Positions 10,356-21,000 of a stretch of 64,000 nt of DNA are shown here, one piece after another (the stretch's first letter is position 1; each line of letters opens with the position of its first letter). Position numbers and translations under genes: made by a program. The notes beneath the pieces were generated by a model. It searched no databases. It was given only the letters and a program-made list of their open reading frames with translations, and was not told where the DNA came from. The DNA comes from Octopus sinensis (Eukaryota): assembly GCF_006345805.1 (NCBI RefSeq), contig NC_042999.1, positions 100,564,001 to 100,628,000 of the forward strand. Direction: 5' to 3'.

Positions 10356-13300
10356 CAGACCTATTGAGTCAAGTATATCAACATCAAATAAAAATCAAAT
10401 GGAAATTGTAGTTGTGATACCCGCACTGGTGGTACGTAAAAAGCACCATCCGAACGTGGCCAATGCCAGTGCCGCCTTTGCTGGCTTCCATGTTGGTGGC
10501 ACATAAAAAGCACCAACCGATCGTGGCCATTGCCAGCCACCTCTGGCCCCTGTGCCGGTGGCACATAAAAAGCACCCACTACACTCACGGAATGGTTGGC
10601 ATTACAAGGGCATCTGGCTGTAGAAACACTGCCAGATCAGACTGGAGCCTGGCTTCCCTGACACTGGTCAAACCGTCCAACCCATGCTAGCATGGAAAAC
10701 GGACGTTAAACAATGATGATGATGTTATATATATATATATATATATAGGGAGAATTCACACAGAAAAAACAGAAGACGAAGACAGGTGGTGTAGACAACA
10801 AACAGATGTATTAGTATAATGCTTGGGAAGTGAAAAAGTCTTTACCGTTTTGAGCCTAATCTCTTCCACAGAAAGGAACACAGAAAGAAACAAGGAGAGA
10901 AAATAAAGAATGTGTAGTGGCTAGCGATCTATCATGCTACCCGGGTAAGCACATAATGTGAAATAAGGTAAGAAAAAAATAGTGCTCAAATACCAGAGGT
11001 AGAGTAATTATATATATTCAAGGTGAATTATAGATGTTTCATTAAAGCATCTATTTTTCAACATGCATAGAAACAGTCACTTCTAATCTCCCTCCCTTTT
11101 TATATTTGTATATTGGAAATTTGCTGCCAGGCAGAAGCATGTTGAAACCTGATAAGGAAGTTTAGCTTGCTTTCACTCTTGTTTTGAAATACTTTTATAC
11201 CTTGAAATTTGAATGGCTGTGGGCAAATAAGGTAATATTTTAAAAATTATTCATGTTACTTTGTAAATATGGAGGGATGGTACTTGACAAATTTAAATTA
11301 AATTAATTTTTTTAAAAATTGATTTATTTAATTTGCAAGTTAATCCCAAAACTGTAGTACACTATTAACTCACAATAATTTTTCAAAAATTATTCTGTTC
11401 GTCTCACCCGCTGACTGCTTTTATTCATATCAAGGTGAATTATAGATGTTTCATAAAAGCATCTATTTTTCAACATGCATGGAAATAGTTGCTTCTATCT
11501 CCATTTACCTCATGAAGACCACTCGCGTTTTTTTTCCCTCTGTCCTCCCACCTCGGGATCTTTCTTTCTCTTATGTTTCCGACGAAGAGCTCCGCTCGAA
11601 ACGTCATATCCTCCTTCTTCCCTCTTTTCCTGAGCGCCTAATAATACTTTAATTGTTCCACCTTTTGCGTTGTTGTCTTTTTTGCTTTTCTTGTTTGGAT
11701 TAACTTTATATATATATATATATATCATCATCAGCAGCAGCAGCATCGTTTAACATCTGCCTTCCATGTTGGCATGGGCTGGACAGTTGACGGTTTGACA
11801 CCAGACTTCTGTGACTGATTTGGCATGGTTTTTACAGTTGTATACCCTTCCTAACACCAACTACCCATCAGAGTGCTTTTTATGTGACACCAGCACAGGC
11901 AAAGTCAGAATTGGTATGGCTTTTACAGTTGGATGCCCTTCCAAATGCCAACCACTTCACAATGTGGACTGGATGCTTTTAACATGGTACCAGCACTAGC
12001 AGAGTCACCAAGTAACTTGCAAGACAAGGAATTTTGAGAGGAGGCGATCTTGTGTCAGACAATGAAAGGTTAAAGTGTGACAGAGAAGCAGAAACAGATA
12101 TCTTGCTATAGAGGAGGTACATGGTTACTCAGAGAGAGAGAGAGGGTGAGAGGAGGAGAGGGAGAAAGAGGGAGGGAGGGAGACAAAGAGAGAGAGGGGG
12201 AGAGAGAGAGAGAGTTATAAAATAATTAAGAGTGGCTGTCTGCACAAACTACTGCATGCTGAAGACCTACTTCTTTTTGTCAAATCTGTAGAGAATAACA
12301 AAGAAATTCCAAATATGAAAGCAAAACCTAGAATTAATAGGCTTCCACGTAAACTCAGCAAAAACCAAAATATAAACAGTGTAAACTATTGATATACAAG
12401 AGATGTAAAGGGATTACAAGCAGGCTAACAGAGAAGGTAGATGCCATGTATGGCAGATGTACAGGAGTGATTAGTATTAAAACTATATAATGAAATAAAT
12501 TCCTTAAGATGTTATGAAGACTCACTAGAAGTAGTTGGTAGCTTTTCTTTTTGTCTTTACACCAAATTAGTAGTGGAGGGTAGATGAGCCAAAAGCATAG
12601 TATTCAGATTGAGAAGAAGATAGGAAAAGCTAGCTGAGGGAGGTATTGCCTCAGCTAGCAACAAAGGTATCTATCTCTCAAAGATTATGGTGTATGCAAA
12701 GTGCAATGATGCACAGGCATTTGAAACAGCTGGAAGGAAATTGATACAGACATGTAATGTGTATAGAGGATGTTAGTTGTGCCAAGCACTTGAAGTGGTT
12801 GACAGTTTGAATGGCACCCAGCTATGGAAACAATGCCAAAAATGGAATATATAAGAGAAGCATAATCCCAACATGTCTAGGAGCACAGTAACTTCAAATA
12901 AGACCTAACTTGGATTGTAAGTAACCATTCAACACATGACAACATAGAAAGAGGACGTAAAATGGTGATGATACACACACACATGCTTTTTTATATATGT
13001 ATGTTTGAGGGTTGTGATTCATTGCTACATTTGTCACTGTAAAGGGTTTAACTTTGGTAGAACTAAATGTAGTTTGTGTTAAGAAGAGCATCCAGCTGTA
13101 GAAACCATGCCAAAACATATTATGGAACTTGGTGTAGCTCCTGGTCCTGCCAGCTCCTGTGAAACTCTCGAACCCATGCCAGCATAGTAAACGGATATTA
13201 AATGATGATAGGATAGATGCCTGAGTAAATGAAGTATTAGACAACCTGCTAATGGATTACAAATTCAATTTTGCTGCTGGTTCCTTGTATTTCTGAACAG

Positions 13301-16300
13301 AACACTTTATATTATATTGCCTCAGTTCTATTTGTTCTTAGTGCAAGAGGGTAAGTACTCATTCAATTTGGCTTATCTTAAAACCAGCTGTCTCAGTCAC
13401 CCATCTTGCAATTAGATGAGAAATCTGGTTCTAATTACAGGCTAGCATACAGATATCAATTCAATCTGTTGTTTGTTAACATGCGAATGGGCAAAGAATA
13501 CATCATCATTATCATTTTATGTCTGCCTTCCCACGCTGGGATGACTTGGATGGAGGCAGTATTTTATGGTTGGAAGATAATATAGTTGAAAGCAATTAAA
13601 AGATTTAGTGTCTCCATGACTTCTTTCACTGGAGAAAATATGACATTTCTCTCAATTCTTTTTTATTGTATAAGAACACAAAAGAAAAAGAAAAAAGAAA
13701 AAAACAGAAAAAGAATGGAAGACAGAATGAGGAATTTGAAGAGATAAAAAGAAGACAAAAGTGAGAGAAGAACAAAAACAAAGAAAAGAAAAAAAGAAAT
13801 CATAGTGATACCAGATACTCACAGTAATTTCTAGTGACATCATAGATGTGTCTCGCAGACGAATAACTTCAGCTAAATTGTTCAACACTGCAAAACTGTC
13901 CTGTGATAAAAAGAAAATAGTGATTTTTTCCTCAATTTTTATTTAGAGTAAACAAACAATAAATATTTCTGATGGTCTTTAAGAAGTAAGAAGTGACTAA
14001 CTTTCAATAAATACAATAGAATAGTATCAGCAGCCAGGTCATAGATATATGACAAACTCTTTGAATACTTTATGATTTATGATACTATAACAAAAATAAA
14101 ATACAAATGAATAAAATGGTTAATGTATGCTTTAAATGATTATCATGATTCTTCCACAATACATACGTTTTACTTCCATGATATGATCCCTGATCAAGTT
14201 ATTTGCTAAACAATTTGTAAATTTTTATTTGCATAAATTTATTATTCCATATCAAAGCTTCAGAGTTTTAATACACAGTTTTCTCATTTAGCAATCTTAA
14301 GATGATCATGTGATGTTTTAGTTTTGGAGGAATAAATTAGAAAACCATACTCTAAGTATTATTTAGGTTGACTTTTCATTTCAAAGTTCTACAAAATATG
14401 CTTGCTTCTATACCTTAACCTTTTAGCATTCAATTTACTCTGTTATATGTAATGCTTATTTGTTTTGAATTAATCATGCATTATCCTGTACCTTTCAGAT
14501 TTCAATGATGTAATTGCTTACTTTTACAATGACATTGTAAGGTTGGTGCAAGAGCCCAAATCTGGCTAGTTTTAACATAAAACAGGTAGAATATTAGGGT
14601 CGGATATGGCCAGTTTAAATGTTAAAAGGTTAAAGGGCTTCTTTGTATCCTTAAAAACTTACGCATATATTATATATATGAAAAATGTATATTTTTATAC
14701 AATGTTATGATGTCAGTTTAGTTTGTGGTAAAAATAAGAGCTAGTAGGCTGATCATGAAGTTATTTTAATAAAAAAAATTTATATTGGATAAATCTTTTG
14801 CAGCATAAGTTTTTTGAAAAGTGAGATGAACAGTAAATAGTAGTTCAAAGATTCTGATAGCAATAATAATTCAAAGGAAAGAAAAGATTTGTTTTACCTT
14901 CTTTTGAGTTTTTGAGAGACTAGCAAAAAATTCTTCAAGTTGTTCTGCTTCATTACAAATTTTTTCAGCAACTCCTTTTCTGTCTTCGTAATTACGGAAA
15001 GAAAGTCTCCTGTAAATAAATATAGTTACTTTAATGTAAAAACCACAGATATCACTCACAAGCAATAGTGACACAGTAGCATGTCCCCCTACTCTTACAG
15101 TTTAAGGTGTCTATGTAGTTGCAAGCAAACATAGACACCTTGGTCCATCCATCCCTTGACTCAGTTGAACAGCAAGGACAGCAGCTTAAAGAAAAAGAGC
15201 TAATCCAGCCCAATGCTGGTACTCATTTTCAGCGGAGTATTCTAGAGCAATGTAAAATGAAAAGCCTTGCTCAAGGATACAATGCACTGACCAGTCCAGA
15301 ACTGAATACACAATCTAATAACTGTGAGCCAAACACCCAAACCACCAGGTCATGTGCCTTCACTACTACTATAATACAGAAAACAAATATTTGTAATTTT
15401 AAGTTAGCTGATACTTTTAGAGGTAATCTACAGATAAATTACTGAATTAAGGAAAAAGGAAGATTTCCCAAAAGAAGTATAGCATCTACAACTGTTTTAA
15501 TTTAGACTCATTCATATATTCATATGGAGAGAAATGTATATTCTTCAAACTTAATCCTGAATATAAATGTACATGTCACTATATATATAGACATACACAT
15601 ACATACAAACACACATACAAGATATACAGGCATTGCAGTGTGGTTAAGAAGTTCATTTCACAACCCCATAGTTTGGGGTTCACTGTTCCTTACTATAACC
15701 TCACACCAACCAATGCCTTTCTGAGTGAATTTGGAAGATGAAAACTGTATGAAAGCCTGTTGTACAAATGGTAAACTTAATCTGTCATCTGTCTCAACAT
15801 CCCCATCAGGTACTCTGGTACAAGCATTCAGGCCAGAATTCCTGTTTGAGAAGACCTCTCTCTCTCTCTCTGTCCCATTAATCTCAAAGGCCATGTGAAG
15901 AGTCACGAACACTGCTTTCTGTTTTTGGCTATAATGATTACATCATCATCATCATTTAGCATCGATCTTCCATTGTCAAACTAGAAAACTATGTCTGTTT
16001 TGGCGCACACACACACACACACACGAGGATGTACCCAAAAAACACTGGAATTTTGTAATATTCACTTAGTTTTACATGTTTACACTTTTATTATTTTTAA
16101 AGGCTTCTCCATTTGAGGCAATGCATCAGTCCAGATGCATTTTCCATTCTGAAACAGTCCTGGAAGTGATTTGAAGTGATGCTTTTTAATATCTCTATTA
16201 TATTTTTCTTTGCCTCTTTCACATCTGCAAAATGTTTTCTTTTAAGGACTTTTTTTCATTCAGGGGAACAAAAAAAAGTTGCAGGGGGCAAGATCAGGTG

Positions 16301-18015
16301 AATAGAGAAGGTGGGTAAATGGGGTCATACCACTCTTGGTCAAAAAGTGTCTCACACTCAAGGCAGTGTGCAATGGTGCATTGTCATGACGAAACCACCA
16401 CTCTCCACTTTTTCACTGGTTGGGGTGTTTTTGTCTCGTCATGACTTGAAAACAATTCAGAACTGCCAAATAAAATGTCTCGTTAACAGTTTGACCAGGA
16501 GGAACAAATACTGTGTAGACAATCCTTTCACATCAATGAAACAAATCAGCATCATCTTGACACTGGACTTCACTTGATACACTTTTTGGAGGCATGGTGA
16601 CATTGATCCAAGATCAGTTCATGAATTTTTGTGATGTTTTCATTCATTTGGGAGGCTGACGGTCACCCTGAAAGAGATTCGTATTCAAACAACAAGTGAC
16701 CATTTCTAAAGCATGAAAATCACTCATAAACTTGTGTTTTTGCTCATAGCAGAGTCCTTGTAAGCTATTTGAAGCATGAGACCTGTTTCAGTCATCATTT
16801 CCCCAGTAGAAACAGCATTTCATGGAAGCATGCTGCTTCAGCTACTGCAAGATTCAATGAACAGGGGAGAAGCACTGCAAAAGAAAAACATACCATGTGG
16901 CAGTACAACTCTACCCAACACTAATGGTCAGCAGACTGATACATAAGGGTCACATCAAGTGGCTTCTGGCGGTGGAAGCCGGAACTAACACAGGCTTGTC
17001 CCACAGAGAACATTTCCAGTTACTTTTGGGCACCCCCTTGTGTATGGTGAATATAAGGAATTATAATCCAAGTCGTGTCTTCATAAAGCACATCTTCATG
17101 TTCACACTAATCCAATATATGTACAGAGATGTTTTATTTTAAATGTGATATACAAATCAACTGAAATTTTTGGTGAATTCAGTCTGCAGAGTAATTACAT
17201 ATTAACACAGAAGATTGAAAAATATATATCAAATTATTCCAGTAGACTGTTTTAATATGTTTTTGTGTGTGCATGCATATGAAGTGTTCAAAACAAGATG
17301 GAAAAAAACCCAGTAAAATAACACTTACTTTAAGAGTATAGCCTTTAGGTATTGATGTAGAACCTTTCTCTGAGCTTTTACGAGGATTTTGTCATAAGCT
17401 TTTGGTCGGAGATGTACAAAATCATTATTATAATCTTCTAAAGTAGCACAAATAGTTTTCACAGCATCACTACTTAACATCCTAAAGAAAGAAACGTCAT
17501 TACAAATTATGGCTTTTATTCTCAATAACAAAACAACTACTACTTGCCTGGTGGGTTTCAGAAAGGAGCTTTATACTTGCTGTTTAGAAATTCTATGTAG
17601 ATACAGATATGGCTTTGTGGTCAAGCAGTTTCCTTTACAACCACATGGTTTCAAGTTCAAGCCCACTGTACAGCACCTTGGACAAGTGAGTGCTTTCTAC
17701 TATAATCTTAGGTTGACCAATAGATTGTGAGTGAAACTTGATAAGTAAAAACTGTGTAGAAGCACAACATCAGACCTAAAATATCTTTCCTTAGCCTAGA
17801 TTTTTTATACATTGCAAAATAGGGTAATTTATTTAAGATGGCTGTGTCCATATGAAAAATGTGCTTGCATGTTTCAGCATATATAATAGCATACTGTAAT
17901 ATGTAATAATGATGAATCTTTATTTTGCATAAGGTTTCTTAGTCTTGTATATAAACTGCACACAGATTTTTCCAAATTGAAGTTGAGTAGGAAAATGTGT
18001 GATCAATGAGTAAAC

Positions 18016-18052
<37 letters not shown>

Positions 18053-21000
18053 AAGCTGGATTAAAAATCAAAACTCAAAATCAAAGTAAATCAAGATTGA
18101 AATCAGAATGGAAATTGTAGTTGTGGCTGATGCCAATGCTGCCTGACTGGTTCCCCATGCCGGTGGCATGTAAAAAGCACCATCTGATTGGGAGTCAATG
18201 CCAGTCCCCCCCGACTGGCTTCTGTCTTGGTTGTATATAAAAAAGCACCATCTAAACATGGTCGATACCAGTGCTGCCTGACAGGCTCATGTGCCGGTGG
18301 CATGTAAAAAGCATCCACTACACTCTCAGAGTGGTTAGCGTTAGGAAGGGCATCCAGCTGTAGAAACCTTGCCAGATCAGATTAGAGCCTGGTGCAGCTT
18401 ACTGGCTTGCCAGTCTCCAGTCAAACCATCCAACCTATGCCAGTATGGAAAACGGATGTTAAACAATAATGATAATCAGCACTGCCAATGACTGTGTGTT
18501 TGTGCAAAACTACGTTTTGGCCAAAATTTTGATGTGCTGTACATTCAGGTGAATTTGTTGTATGTTATAGTGATCTTGCCATTGGATTTTAAAATTCAGG
18601 TTTTGACTCATTGATTGATTGATTTTTCACATATGCATATTTGTGAGCTTAATAAAAATAAAAGTACACCCAGTCTGCTTTCGCAAACACGTCTGCATGC
18701 ACACACGTGTTGACTAATGCGGTCAAGGGCTGAGTGTAGGAGTATTCACAATAAGGTATTTTCTTGAAAGTGTGGATCTGACACTAGATGTTTATCTTGG
18801 TAGACTGGTCTGAAAGTTGATCTTGAAGAAAATTTATAAATGGATAATTATCCAGAGTATCATGATCTCTATCATGTGAAAGCATTACTTATTTTCCTGT
18901 ATGATAATCTAAGGCAAATATATTACTTTAATCCCTCAATAACAACACACAATTCATGTAGTGGATGATGGATTTATCAACATATGCAATTATAATCAAG
19001 ACATAAGTTGTAACCAATGAAGAGATGGTGTATATTGTTAAAGATATCAAAAGTAATTCTAATTTACCATTGTTTGGTCATGAGTTGTTCTAAGTGACCA
19101 CTTGTATGTAAATCCAACAACACCACATCTAATAAGATCTCTAACCTGGAAAAATAAATAAATAAATATTCATTAAAACAGATTTTTATAAAATGGAAAG
19201 TATTGAAAAGTAGAAGGATACTTTGAAAGAAATGAAGCTAGTATGCTTTGTTGTCAGTGTGCATGTACAACAAAGTATAAGCATCTCGAGAGAAAAGTTA
19301 GTATGGTCATGAGATGTATATGGACAAGGACAGCAGTGTAAAGAAGTGCCAATCTCTAATTGTGGAGGGAACCTGAGGAGGAGGTAGACCCAGGAAGACA
19401 TGGGATGAGTTGGTGAAGCATGATATTCAAAAGTTGGGCCTCACAGAGGCAATGACTAGTGACTTTGGTGATATGCCATGCTTGAGAAGACCTGTGAAGC
19501 CAAGTGAAATTGTAGTTGTAGCTGATGCTGGTGTTATATAACAGGTACCTGTGCTGGTGGTATGTAAAAAGCACCTTTCAAGTGTTGGGCCTCAAACAGG
19601 TAATGTGGCCGATGCTGGTGCCAGGTAACTAGCACCTGTACCAGTGGCACATAAAAAGTACCTTTCGAGCGTTGGGCCTCACGGAGGCAATGCGACCAAT
19701 ACCGGTGTTGCATAACTAGCACCTGTGCCAGTGTTGTGTAACTAGCACTGTTCAAGCATTGAGCCTCATGGAAGCAATGACAAATGACCAAGACTTTCAG
19801 CAATATGCTGTGCTTGAGTAGAAGACCCATCAAGCTAAGTGAAATTGTAATTGTGTGGCAGATACTAGTGTCATGCAACAGGCACCCAGATACTCATTAC
19901 ACTCTCTGAGTGGTTGGCATTAGGAAAGGCATCCAGCCATAGATACCAAGTCAAATTAGACTGGAGTCTGTGCAGTCCCTCAGCTTGTCAGTCCTGGTCA
20001 AACCATCCAACCCATGCCAGCATGGACAACAGATGTTAAATGACAATGATGATGATAGTAAACACTGGTTCACATAGTTGATAGTTCTCTGATTACAAAG
20101 AATATAACAAATTGAAGCCACTTCTAAACAGGAATCAAATGTAAGTCATAATTTCAGTTCAATTCAATAATAAAGCTGAAACACTGGAGCAAGAAATGGT
20201 CCTCCAATCCACTGAATTCTGTCAAACCATCCAGACCATATCAACATGGAAAGTAGCTGTAAAATGATGATGAGATAACATACTTGAGGATATTTTTACT
20301 ACTGTTCAATGCAAATTTAACATCAAAATTTAACTATTATTTGAAATACATATAAAAAGGAATACCCAAACTCTCCAACATCAGTAAACTTATCAGCAAG
20401 TTGAAGGAAATTATCTTTGCGTATCATATTGAGATCATCTTCATCTTCTGTACGTAGATTTTCTTGACCTTCTAGCTCCAAAAACCGTTTACGAAGTTGT
20501 CTGACATAACCGGCAAATGCCAAACAGTTGTTGACGTGAGCAATCTGGTGAGAAACAAAAAAAAAACAATAAAAAAATTTTAATTTTTATCTTGAAAAAA
20601 TCTCTTGATAAAAGGCAGATTTTCTCTGCCTCCTAAATAGTTTGTTTTTTATACAATTGTACAATATAGAATTTCTTCAATTAAGCAAAAATTTGAGAAA
20701 AGTAAATATTTTACGATTTGCCTCTCGAATTTCAACTGCTTCACTCATGCTATCACCCTAATTTCTCCTACTTTCTCTTTGCAAGTGTACCTTAAACCAC
20801 TACTCAAAAAAAAATACACAGCAAACAGAAACAAATAAATACATAACGATTTACCCCTCACACAATTTCTTCAATTAGAGTTTACCTATGATTTTTCTAA
20901 GTACATTCCATTCAGTCATGGCATACAAATTTCTTTCAATTTGACCCCCAATTAAGCAAAAATTCGAGAAAACTCAATATTTTACGATTTCCCTCTCTCA

